From assembly GCA_965112735.1 (NCBI GenBank), contig OZ218956.1, positions 1,984,001 through 2,048,000 on the forward strand: 64,000 nucleotides of DNA. Direction: 5' to 3'. Origin of the DNA: Phaeosaccion multiseriatum. Lineage: Eukaryota; Protista; Ochrophyta, other classes. Shown here in pieces: positions 38,693 through 49,996 of this stretch (within the stretch, counting starts at the first letter, position 1; every line of letters starts with the position of its first letter). The notes under the pieces were generated by a model, which saw only the letters and a program-made list of their open reading frames with translations, had not been told where the DNA came from and ran no database searches. A program made the position numbers and the translations under genes.

Positions 38693-40338
38693 CATTGCTG
38701 CTTCCACGCGCGTTTCACAATCATCAACAACCTGCGGCGGCACCTCCGGATGGCACTTCTGCAGCTTTGTTGGCCTCTCCTCGAATCTCGACAGCACTTC
38801 TCGAGCAGCGCCACCGGGGCAGAGGTCTGGGAAATCGATGTAGAAGCAGGAGCCCGGCCCACCTCCTGCTAACTCGTGGCTAGCCGGGTGGTACCCACAG
38901 CCCCCCCCGACATGCCTTATGTTGGCACTCACGCTAAACAGACCCAAGCCCATCCCGTACTGCCCCGTTGCACTGCTGCCACTGTCATGAACGAAAGGCA
39001 CCTTAAACATTCTGTCTCGAATATCCTTGGGCACCTCCACTGTACTCGTATCCGTCACTTGCAGTCGAAACATTCGTATCCAGTTCTTGTCCTCCTCCCT
39101 CCCTCCTCCTCCTCCTCCTCCCCCACCCTCCTTCTTCTCCACCACGCGTATGTCAATGGAGCCCTCCGCCGTGTATCGGCAAGCGTTGGTGAGGAAGTCC
39201 AACAGACAGTGCAAAATGGTGGCTCGGTTCGTGTACACACTCACCCCACCCTCTTCTCCCTCCACCTCTGCACTCCCACTCCCCACTTCCTTCTCTTGGT
39301 CCATGCCCGAGCTGCTGCCCACGCCAACACCCGTGGCGGGGACGGTGGTAGTGGTCATGCCAGTGGCAGCTGCAGTGGTGGCACTAGTACCAGCACTGGG
39401 CATGCGCGACGAGGCGATGGGGCCCGAGGTGGTGATGGGCACCCTCTTGGGCACCACTTGCACCATCCTTACCGCCGTTGCCACCACCTCCCCAAGGTCC
39501 ACAAGCTCCACCTCTACCTGCGCACTCCCACTTCCCTCGCTCCCCGTCCCAGGCAGATGGTGCTGAATACGCGTGAGGGCGAGAGAGCGCTGCACTGTCC
39601 ACTCCACGAGGCCTCTCGCTGCCTCTGCCCGCTCCAGGAGGGCCCCTACACTGTCCCTGGCCGCTGCCTTCGTCGGAGAGCAAGTACGTTGATTCTCGTG
39701 CCGCCGGACAGTGCCCAAACACACCTCCAGGCTCTTGAGAGGGATCTGTCGCGAGCGGGGGGGGGTGGGTGTTGGCGGGGGGGGGGAGGGGTGGGGAATG
39801 GGGCCGTCACTTACGGTTACGTGTTTTGGCAGAACAGATACAGTTTTTGAGTTTCAGCAGAGGCTTGCGTCTGAGCTGGGCCCTAATGTTCCCCTTCAAT
39901 CCGTTGCCCTATGCGCTATGTGCCCCTTCAAACCATTCCCCTTTGCGCTGGACTCATCATGGGTGTGTGTACGCATACGCAGGCAGTGGTAGTGGTATCG
40001 AACGCCATTGACATACCACCCCTCAGGTACCACACGCATCATTCCTATAAATACACCATGGCACCTCACGATTTACATAATGCACATCTTCGTAAGGCAT
40101 AAAATACACCATGGCACCCACCTGAAGATCGTGTGCCGTGGTGGTGATGTAGCTGAGCTGCTGGCGCTTGGTCTTGACTCTTATCTTGAGCTCGTCCACT
40201 ACCATCGCTGCCAAGTCCATCTGGGGGCAGCAGGGAAGCGGGTGGCGATGCAGCAGAGGCACAGGGGCAGCGGCAGGCAGTTAAGACCACCAGGAGAGTG
40301 GTGATGGTGGTGGCAGTGGTGGTAGTGGTGGGGGTGGC

Positions 40339-40373
<35 letters not shown>

Positions 40374-41917
40374 AAGCGAGAGAGAGTAGTAGTAGTAGTA
40401 GTAGCAGTAGGATTATGAAAAGAAGAAAGCAATGCAGCGGCTAATACGAGAAGGCATCCCCCCCCCCCCCCACAACATCTAGTGCCATCTCGCCCATTCG
40501 ATTAGTCTGACGCACGCACCAGTTGAATCCTGTCTTGCACCGAGAAGTCTTCCCTGGGAATCTGTATATGTTTTTTGTTGTTTTTCGTTGGAGGGAGGGA
40601 GGTGGAAGAGGAAATAGAGCAAGGTCGTGTAGAGGTCAGAGGCCCAACGAAAGAGCGATGAGGAGGGGGAGGTGGGGGGAGGGTGGGGGGGAGGAGAGAT
40701 TCGGACGCAGGCAGCAGAGACGAGTGAGGCGGATGTGAGGAGACAGAGACAGAGAAAGGAAGAAAGCCTCATGCCTGAGCACGCGCACGCCACGCCGTCC
40801 AATCAGGCCAAGGCAAAGGGTCGGGACACTTTGGTAGAGCTGAGGCAGCAGCAGCACAGCCAACAAAGCAGGCAGGGACCGACAGACCACGTCCACAAGA
40901 GAGGAGAGGGAGGCACACGTAGTAGAGCAAGCCAGCACGCGCAGCATGCCCGCGTCGTGTTGTCGCGTTCCAACGACATCCCTTACATTGTCGATGATGC
41001 AGAACGTCCCTATCTTCACGCCCTCCATCATCAGGGGCACGCCTGCATAGAAGCGAATGTCGGGCGGGCCCGTGACCAAGGGGCTGAGCCGAAAGCGATC
41101 GTCCTCCAGGGCATTCTTTACCAAAAAAATATCCGGGGCGTCTGAATCGAGTTGAATCGAGCGTGAAATCGAGGGGGAAGCAAGCAGGGAGGAAATGGCA
41201 GCAGCGGTAGCAGCAGATCCGTATCAGCATCAGTAGCAGCAAGCAGCAGGACAGCGCTGTCCAACTCTCCCGCCGCACATGAAACTAGAGGCGACACTAG
41301 AGGGTGCCCCCAAACCAGAACTCTTTGGGCCCGCCGCCCCTCCCTGACTATCCCGCCCCCCCGCTCACTGCACTGCGATGTACGCACCAGGCATGATGGC
41401 GTGCGCACAGAAGGCCAGGTTCCTGGGCGTGCCTTTGACCCCTTCCAATCCCACTTGGCTCTTCCACCACTGCCGACTCGAGTCCACCAGGGACACCAGC
41501 ACAATGGGCACATCGAAGAGGCGCGCCGCCAGCTCGGTAATCCTGTCGTAGCATTCTTCCGGGGGCGTATCTAGCACCTGTGGCAGGGGAAGTCGCCGGT
41601 AGGTGGGGCGCGACGGGGGGGTGGGAGGCAGCCGTCAAGACGGTGCGAAAAGAGCCATCCAATCCAATCCAACGTAAATGAGAAAGAGAAGCAACATCTT
41701 CAAGCTGCGGGTGGTGTGTGCGGCTCTTAGAGCAACACAGGGGTGACGGGTTGCCACAGAGGGCCGCCCTAGACGTGGAAGAAGACTGGGCAGATCAACC
41801 AAAGAGCCCAGCTGCCTGAGACTTACAGCCAACCTCCTCTCCCCGTACCTGGAGCGAATGCAGCACTTCCAGCCTCTCCAGCTCCTCCGCTGGGACGGGA
41901 AACGGAGGATCTAGCAT
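36826..41917 (-). CDS. Soluble hybrid histidine kinase: GAF - HisKA - HATPase - receiver
   Basis: GAF (LDTPPEECYDRITELAARLFDVPIVLVSLVD, FCAHAI, DDRF..PLVTGPPDIRFYAGVPL); H-box TAHDL; N-box FLTNACRYT; G2 GMGLGL; GSCFYI; receiver VLLCDDS, FMDLIL, GMNGFMQK|P. Confidence 0.88.
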
Positions 41918-42092
41918 TTTCCTTCGTCGTCCTCCATCGTGCTCTGTGGGATGCCCTCCGGCAAAGTGTTGTGTATTTTTTTTCCTCTTTGTCACGGTCC
42001 GCTCGCTGGTTTGAAGACTTGGGCAGACCCCAAGAAAACTTTATTGACATAGGAAAACTTTCCAAACCCCCCCCCTCCGTCGGTCTCCGTCG

Positions 42093-42312
42093 TCGACCCC
42101 TGACACACTATCCGCTATCCGCTATCGCCGGCGCCAGCCGGCGCGCTATCCGCTATCGCCGGCGCAGCCGGCACGCTATCCGCTATCGCCGGCGCCAGCC
42201 GGCGCGCTATCCGCTATCGGCCGGCGCCAGCCGGCGCGCTATCCGCTATCGGCCCCCGGGGGGGGCGATAGCGCGCTATCGAGAATTTGGGCGATAGTGT
42301 GTCAGGGGTCGA
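42093..42312. mobile_element. MITE with TIR TCGACCCCTGACACACTATC and 6-bp TSD CCGTCG
   Basis: Terminal inverted repeats; CCGTCG at 42087-42092 and 42313-42318; internal GCTATCC/GCCGGC subrepeats. Confidence 0.88.
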
Positions 42313-42321
42313 CCGTCGGTC

Positions 42322-42584
42322 TCGACCCCTGATACACTAGCTATCGCCACATTCTCGATAGCGCGCTATCGGGCCCCGGCGATAGCGGATAGCGTGCCGG
42401 CTGGCGCCGGCCGATAGCGGATAGCGCGCCGGCTGGCGGATAGCACGCCCCAACCCCCCCCCCCCCCCCAAAGCCGGCTGGCGCCGGCGATAGCGGATAG
42501 CGCGCCGGCTGACGCCGGCGATAGCGGATAGCGTGCCGGCTGGCGCCGGCGATAGCGGATAGCGGATAGTGTATCAGGGGTCGA
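42322..42584. mobile_element. MITE of the same family with 6-bp TSD TCGGTC
   Basis: TCGACCCCTGATACACTA...TAGTGTATCAGGGGTCGA; TCGGTC at 42316-42321 and 42585-42590. Confidence 0.88.
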
Positions 42585-42590
42585 TCGGTC

Positions 42591-42788
42591 GGGTCGATCG
42601 GCGATAGCGGATAGCGGATAGTGTATCAGGGGTCGATCGGTCGGCGCCAGCTGGCGCGCTATCCGCTATCCCGGCGCCAGCCAGCGCGCTATCCGCTATC
42701 GCCGGCGCCAGCCGGCACGCTATCCGCTATCGGCCGGCGCCACCCGGCGCGCTATCGAGAAAGTGGGCCATAGCGTGTCAGGGGTCGA
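42591..42788. mobile_element. Additional partial ends of the same MITE family
   Basis: A duplicated right end plus TCGGTC, then a further half element ending GTGTCAGGGGTCGA at 42788. Confidence 0.75.
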
Positions 42789-43644
42789 CCCCAGGGAGAA
42801 CCAACTAGAACATAGAGAATGATATCCACCGCAGTCTCCTTCCAAAGCCGAGCTTCTTGCCAAGAGCGGGGCAGGTTTAGACCGCCCGTCCCTCCCCGAG
42901 GGGGGCAAAGGGAACTAAAACTGAAACTGAAACTGAAGAAACTGAAAGCGTGTGTGTGCGTGTGTGTGTGTGCGTGTGTGTGCGTCACAAGGGGAGGGGG
43001 CATTTATTATTTATTGGCTTACAGGAATCAACCTTAACTGAATTACGCGGGGAGAGGAAGTACCCCGAGCTCTCGTGCCCGACACTGAGGACGAAGTTCT
43101 TCTTGTTAGCCTCCGGGCCAAGGGCAGTGACGACCCTTCCCGGAACAGCTCTCAGTAGCGTCCTAGAGGCCTACCGCTCACTCCAAGATCGATGAGATGT
43201 GCGTACGGACTGATCAAGTGGATTTTTGTATTTAATAGACGTTGCTCATGTCTAATACTACCCCCTCGATGATGTCCTGTCCTTACGCTTACCCCAATGT
43301 CCTTTGTGTCCTTGTCCTGATACTCCTTTGCCTACTACACGGCCTTGTCACTGACCTGATAACCTCCCGCCCACAATCCCGAATTAGACCAAAATAGACC
43401 TTCTCGATATCATACGTCGATGTCCTGCCCATACACCTACATTCTTGGGCATTCCTCGATGGAGGGCAGCATGCCGGTGTGGTAGGTGGTCGATTGGTTG
43501 TGGCACTGACTGCATGGCGTGGAAGGAGTCGGCGCGGGTGTTGCAGCGGGAGCAGACGAGTGCGTCGGGCCCGCCTGGTCCGTACAGGCGAGGGAGCGTC
43601 GTAGGGCCCCAACCATGTCTGGGACCGGCATGGAGACCTGTCCG

Positions 43645-44138
43645 TCGGCTCCCCGCAGGGCTTCTCTGGTCGGCCCCTGACAAGGTTCTGAGGCGACCCT
43701 GGCCAGAACCTGGAACCTGGCCGGCTGACGCCGGCCAGAACCTGGAACCCAGGTTCTACCCAGGTTCAGGGGACTTATCATTGCCTTATTACACGGCTTT
43801 TTCCGGGGAACATGGAACCTACTGTACGTTTTTTATCAGAACCTGGAACCTGGCCGGCTGGCGCCGGCCAGAACCTGGAACCCAGAACCTTGTCAGGGGC
43901 CGACTCTGGCCCCCCGATAAGCTGAAGCCTGAGGCGGCCTGCGGCCGAAAGCAAGAAGCCCGGGGCTGGCTGGGGCTGGCCTGCGGCCAGAAGCCTGCAT
44001 GATCTCTCTCCCCCCCCCCCTGAGCCCCCCTGAGCCCCCCTGAGAAGCCTGAAGCCCAGACCGCTGGCCTGCGGCGCAGAAGCCCGCGCTGGTCCGCGGC
44101 CAGAAGCCCGGAGCCCGAGAAGCCCTGCGGGGAGCCGA
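43645..44138. mobile_element. MITE with 22-bp TIR TCGGCTCCCCGCAGGGCTTCTC and 6-bp TSD TGTCCG
   Basis: TGTCCG at 43639-43644 and 44139-44144; removing the element restores the retrotransposon remnant. Confidence 0.88.
43670..43903. mobile_element. Nested MITE with TIR TCGGCCCCTGACAAGGTTCTG and 6-bp TSD CTCTGG
   Basis: CTCTGG at 43664-43669 and 43904-43909; internal AGAACCTGGAACC subrepeats. Confidence 0.88.
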
Positions 44139-44435
44139 TGTCCGGCGGAGGTGGCAATGAGGTCGACCCCTGACGTGATTCTGAGGGAGGGCGCCGAGAA
44201 GCACGAATCACGCCTGTAGCGGTGCACACGAATCAACGCTTCGGCGGCCCCAGAATATTTTTTTCCCTGACTTATTCCTTCCCTTTAACGTCAGGGTGTT
44301 GGTGCTCCAGGTCACAGGAATTGGGTGTGTGACGGATAGCACGTGGAGCATTGTAAACGAGGGACCAGAAGTAGATAGAGACTTCAGAGGCAGCGCAATA
44401 GGAACAGATAGGGAGTGGTGTGAGAAGAGAAACCA

Positions 44436-46847
44436 ATGGAGAGGGCCACGGCGGACAAGGGCGGAAGCAGCACGTCCTGCAACAGTGGGGAAGGACCCTC
44501 CTCCTCCCGCGCCAGAACACTCCTTGCAATCAAACTCATCGTCTTTGTGGATTTTCTTGGTGTGGCAGTGGTAGTCCCGCTCCTGAGCAGCTACTTTCGC
44601 GACCTCAACATTACCACGGAGCTTTATGGGCTCGTCACGAGTTTTTACTCGGCGTCGCAGATTATCGGTGGCTTGGTATTAGGTAGCTTGTCAGATGGGT
44701 TTCTTTCTCGCCGCCAGACGCTCCTCATCTCCTTTGTTGGTAGCGCAATCTCGTACGGGCTCGTCGGAGTGTCCAACTCGCTGTGGATGCTTCTCATGGG
44801 TAGAGTCCTGGTGAGTGAAGGCACGAGAGCAGGGTACAGATCGGAGTTGTGAGCATTGGCAGTGGCAGCTGCGACAGCGACGTATGGCACCGCTCTTCCT
44901 CCTCCTCCGCATCGAGCGCCTCGGTCCTCCGCCGAAGATGGCGTCTCCCCCCGTCACCCTCTCTCTCCCTGCCTTGCTTGCTCCCTCACTCTTCTTCCTT
45001 GCCCCCGCCTCCCGCCCGAACTCAGGTTGGTCTTGTCAAGCAAACCATGACGGTGTCGACAGCTCTCATAGCAGAGCACAGCGCAGGGGGGCCCGAGGGG
45101 GGGCGAGCGAAGGAGCTGAGCCACCTCACGGCGGCAGCCACCATCTCGTTCATATTGGGCCCCGCGATGGGATCTTACCTATACACGTACAGCAAGATGC
45201 TCCCACCCTTGGTCAGCTGTGGCATGTTTGCTCTCAACTCCTTCCTTGTAATCCTGCTGCTACCATCCGAGCGAGGAGCAGCAGCGACAGGGGGAGGAGG
45301 GCAAGGGGGCGGGGAAGAGGCGGATAAGGAGCACAAGAACCGCAGCAGTAGTACAGAAGCTACCGCGGGGATGATGGGTGAGGTGGGAGGCGGGGAGGAG
45401 GAAGACCGACAACCGCTGCTGTCCAGTGAGTGCTGCTTCGAGGGGGAGCGGGGGGAGGAGGCCAGCCTTATGGTGCGCATGAGGAGACAGAGCAGCAGCG
45501 GAACTAACGTATCACCAACTGCTGATGCTACTGCTGCTAGTGCTACTCGTCGTGGTGGTGGTTGTGATGCCGCTGCCAAGGGGAAGAAGGGGGCAACGAA
45601 TCGGTTTGTTGAGAACCTAAAATTCACGTGCACGCGAGGGCCCTGCATCCGCATCGTGCTGGCCAAGCTCTTCAGCGGCCTAATGTTCAGGGCCTTGAGG
45701 TGCGAGAGGAGAGAGCGACGGGGCATCTGTTGATGAGTCTTGATGAGCTGTCTCTACGTGTGCAAGTATCACTTGATTTATTTAGCACCACCCTGCATGC
45801 ACCATGGCACCCAGACATCCGGGTGTTCATTTTCTATTATTTACAATGCTTGCCATGAATTCGTTTTACGAAACGCCAACCCCCTGCTCCTGCTCCTGCT
45901 CCTGCTCGTGCTCCTGCTCCTGCTCCTGCTCCTGCTACTGCTACTGCTACTGCTCCTGCTCCTCCTCAACAACTCAAACGTACTCTGTCACACGCCACGA
46001 AACACCAACCCCGCCCACCCACCTATCTACCCACTCACCACCATCCATCAGCCCTGCTTCCTTCGTGGGCTACTTTGAGGAGCGTTTCAACGTCGAGAGC
46101 CACATTCTGGGCTATATATCCTCTTACAGGGCTACCCTGAGCCTACTGGTGCAGATCTACGTGGTGGGGAGACTGGCGGGGAAGGTGAAGGAGAGTACCC
46201 TGGTGGCGTGGGCGTTGGCGGGGCTGGTGGTGTCGAACATGGTTGAGGCCACGCAGATTACGCTGTGGGGCTTCCTCGTGCTGGTGGTGCCTGTATCAGG
46301 TACGAATGTGAGAAGGGGGCGGGGAGAGGAGGAGAAAGAGGAGAGGAGAGCGACGAGAGCGACGAGAGGGGGAGGGGAGGAGCGGGGGCGAGGGGAGAGG
46401 AGGGGAGGAGGAGGGAGGGAGGGAGGGAGGGAAGGAAGGAGGGAAGGTAGGGCAAGCAGGGGGTAATGCAAAACAAGGGCGAGGAGTATTCCTCGAAGCT
46501 TGTGGGGGAAGAGATGCTTCAGAAGTCCTGAACAAGGAAGGGAAGGGGATGATTCTTTCCGCCCCCGTCTCTAAAGCTACCATACGTGGCTCTAACTCGT
46601 CTATTTCCTCCCTGCACGGCGTGGGTTCGTTTGCACCTCGTCTTATCGTCTATTTTTCTTCGTGGCACTGGACAGTCCTGGGCGGGGCCCTCTTGATGAC
46701 GTGCTTGAGCAGCCTCTTCACGCAGCGCATTCGGCAGGAGGACATGGGCGCCGCCCTGGGCACCCTAAGTGAGTGCACTTGGGAGGTGGTGGGGATGGGA
46801 TAGTGTGCTTCGACATATCCCAAGGGGAATACTGTGCCTCTCTCTCC

Positions 46848-46884
<37 letters not shown>

Positions 46885-47226
46885 TATGTACGTACATGTA
46901 ATGTTACATATATAATCTTCGCCGCTCACAATACTGCCATGTCGTTCCATTGTTCCCTCATACTCCCCCGCACCCACCCCCACACACACACCTCAGACGT
47001 GCTGCAGAGCGGAGTGGGGGTGGTTGCTCCCATCTACGGGGGCCTTCTCTTTCAACACATGGGGGTGGCGATGCGACCCGCAGTGGCGGGCTTGCACTAC
47101 CTCGTCTTCTTCGCGGCGTGGATGGTGTGGGAGGTTGGGCCGTCGGAGCCCAAAGCCAAACAGGAGGGGAGTGGGGGTGAGGGTACAGACCCTGCTGCTC
47201 GGAAGGACGGCGTCAAAGAGGAGTGA
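44436..47226 (+). CDS. MFS transporter (DHA1/TetA-like; resembles MFSD9/SLC22A18), multi-exon
   Basis: VFVDFLGVAVVVPLL; motif A variant GSLSDGFLSRR; GRVL|VGLVKQT; FILGPAMGS; DMGAALG; APIYGG; many hydrophobic helices. Confidence 0.88.
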
Positions 47227-47325
47227 CTCACATCATGGACTCACATCAACGTTTAAATTAAAATTAAAAACAAACAAAAAAACGTAGGCATCGCGTCTTT
47301 CGAGCAGGTGGTGCCTTCTCCCCCC

Positions 47326-47398
47326 TCGACCCCTGACGTTCGACCCCTGATACACTATCCGCTCCAGCCGGCTTTGGGGGGGGGGGGGGTTGTTGGGG
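47326..47398. mobile_element. Truncated TCGACCCCTGA MITE ends
   Basis: Two TCGACCCCTGA termini, then CAGCCGGCTTT(G)n, the reverse complement of the MITE interior at about 42445-42480. Confidence 0.75.
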
Positions 47399-47400
47399 AT

Positions 47401-47445
47401 ACTTTATTGACTTAATAGGAATCACCTAAGAAACTGAAAGTGTGA

Positions 47446-47483
<38 letters not shown>

Positions 47484-49871
47484 GTGTCGCTGTGTCTCCG
47501 GGGCCCTCGAGGGGCCGGTTACTCCCCCTCTAGGGCGGGGAGGGGGAGTGCGGGACCGGCTCCGCGGTTGAGCCGACCCAGGAAGGCGCGCTCCCGCTCC
47601 GAGAGCCACATCTGGTGGCTGCAGCTGACGAGGCGGCGTAGCCTTGTCAGGACGTGGCCCTTGGTGGTGGAGGAGCCCGTGCGGCCAGTGCGGGTGACCA
47701 CGTGCTCGGCGAGTGCGTGCAGGAGCGATTGCGCCTGTGCGCCGAGTCGGCCGTGGGTCTCGATGGCGAAGGTGGAGAGGCGAACACGCTCTCGGTCGTA
47801 GGTGCCCCTGTAGTGGCGCTCCTTGCGGGTCTCGCTGTTGGCGGCTGCCGCTCCCGGTCTGATGTCCGTGCGGAGCACATTCAAGGCCGTCCTGCAGAGG
47901 TTGTTACTCAGGGTTAGGTCAAGCATGTGCGCCGGGTGGGCAAAGGTTGGGTCGCGGGCTCCGGAGAGGGCGCCTCGGGGGAGGGTGGCGTCCATGCGGA
48001 AGGTCCGGGCGATGTTGTGCGGGGGGTTGAAGTACTCCGAGCTCTCGTGTCCGACGCGGGAAACGTAGTTCTGCTTGAACATGTCCTCGACGGAGGAGAG
48101 CATCCCGGTGTGATAGAGAGTGCTCTGGTTGGGGCACTGGATGGCGTGAGAGGAGTCGGCGCGTGTGTTGCAGCGGGTGCAGACTAGTGCGTCGGGTTCC
48201 CCAGGGCTGTACAGGCAGTTGATGCCGAGGGAGCGTCGTAGGGCCCCTACCATGTCTTGGGCCGGCATGGAGACCTGTCCAGGTGAGGTGGCGATGAAGC
48301 CCATGGCCCCGTCGCTGCTCTGGCTCAGGTGCCGAGACTTGGCCTGTCGGCGAGACTCCATGCCGGTATCGGCAGCAGCAGCGTCGTCGGGGAGTCGGTC
48401 CAGTGAGGCGCGGTACTTGTCCCGGCGTTGCGGCGCTAGGCATCTCTGCAGGGCGCGCTGCGTCTGCTGCTGCGGGGCCCAGTTGCCCTGGGCGAGGCTG
48501 GTGTCGAAGGCGTCCTCGGCTCGTTGGCGGTCCGCTGCTGAGGTGAGCGCGAGGTTGACCAGGGGGAGGGGGAGATTCATCTCCAGGTCTTGTCGGGAGA
48601 GGGTCCCGTCTTCGGCGGCGGCCTGGATGGTGGTGAGGATGTTTTGGACGGAGCTACTCTGGCGGAGGGCTGGGGCGAGGTCGCGTAGGTCCGCCTCTGG
48701 CCAGATGGCTCCCGGTGTGAGCACTGACTGGAGGGTGTCGGCAGCTGCGCCCAGGTAGGCTGGTATGGCGGTGTTGGTGAGGGAGAGGGAGCCCCAACCT
48801 CCTTGGGACTGGGGAAGGAACATCTGTTGGTGCTGGTGTGAGGCGAGCTGAAGGTGCGACAGTCGGTCCGAGGGTGCGCTGGCGATGATGTCTCCGATGG
48901 TGTCCGCTCCTGGGAGTTGGAGTAGGGCCTCTCCGACGGCGAGGCTGAGGGCGTCGCCGGGGGAGGCAATGGTGTTGGTCGTCTGGCCGGGGGCGGCACC
49001 GCGCAGATAGTGCTGGAGTTTTGGCGAGAGTGACTTCGTGAGCAGGAGGAGGGCGGGTTGTGTCTCCTGCATGAGGGCGATCTGCTCGGCGAGGTTTAGG
49101 AAGGCGTGTCTGTCGGGTCCGTCCACCATGAGTTGGGAGAGGTAACCTCTGATGAAGTCGTCTTGGCCGACTGGGAGGCCGACAATGCTCAAGCCGCCGT
49201 CCTCGATGATGGTGCCGCCGGTGCGGTCCACAAAGGCGCGCTCTTCCATGGTGACGTGGTGGCCAGGGGGGGGGAGGTATCGTTGCTTGTCCGTGCGGCG
49301 GGTGAGGCCGATGGAGGCGAGGTCGGTGGTGAAGGTGTCGAGAGTGGGCTCGAAGTCGGCGAGGTTGCCGCGCCAGGGGTGGACGAAGTCGTCCTGGTAG
49401 GCCCGGGGTGCGGGGATGCCCTCCTGACGGGCCTCGTTGGTCCACTTCTGTTGGAGGGGGTAGAGTGCGCAGCAGAAGTTCTTGCTGGCCTCGGGGTCGC
49501 CTTGTCCGCCGCTGCCGCGGTTGGTGCGTAGCAGCTGGTTGCCGTCGTCAGACAGGTAGATGAGGTCGCGGTCCTTCCCAAGGGCGGCGATGTTGTGCTC
49601 GATGCCACGGGGGTCGACGAGGGCGGTTCCTGTGAGCGTGGCCGCGGTTGTGACTTCGTTATGGGCGTTGCGGAGGTCGCTGGTAGCGACCCAGTAGCCC
49701 ATGTCGTGGAGCAGTTGGGCGGATTTGGCGACTTTCTCCGTGCCGTTCTTCGTCGCGACGCCAAGCTGGCCGACGCTCTCGAATGCCTCCTGGTAGGCGG
49801 GCTTGTAGTGGATGCCGTGGGTGGAGTGAAAGAGGCGGGTGAGCGTCTCCTTTACGGCGATGGGGCGTCGT
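47401..49871 (-). mobile_element. 5'-truncated CRE-like non-LTR retrotransposon (partial RT plus RLE endonuclease)
   Basis: DLRNAHN, GGQGDP, YQDD, LP..QGGWG..AIPAYL, CTRC..HAIQC, RMD..LDLT, KERHY, FAIETHGRLG; probable TSD TTGTTGGGG at 47390-47398 and 49876-49884; near-identical to the copy at 55093. Confidence 0.9.
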
Positions 49872-49996
49872 GGGTTTGTTGGGGCGTAATTACCTGGCGA
49901 CGATTTTGTATTCTACGCCCCCGGGGTTTGGCCGGGGTCAGTGGCTTATGGGAACAAGACAGAGATCGTAAGATAGGGAGGAGAGGAAGATTAATT

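Larger units (their letters stand above)
42915..44160 (-). mobile_element. Old, internally deleted remnant of the CRE-like non-LTR family, interrupted by nested MITEs
   Basis: 3'-end-like TTATTGGCTTACAGGAATCA and ACTGAAAG(TG)n; fragments translate to GQVSMPVPDMVGALRRSL and PDALVCSRCNTRADSFHAMQ, matching the young copies; homology resumes at 44145 after the MITE. Confidence 0.8.

Noticed and set aside
40980-41917. GAF domain as a phytochrome-type photosensor
   Set aside because: No PAS/PHY domains or DIP motif; it is a generic sensory GAF.
42089-42316. Reading the TCG-MITEs as piggyBac-like (CCC ends, TCGA target) or as having 4-bp TSDs
   Set aside because: The 43670 element has inverted TCGG/CCGA ends, so these bases belong to the TIR; the TCGGTC and TGTCCG cases fix the TSD at 6 bp.
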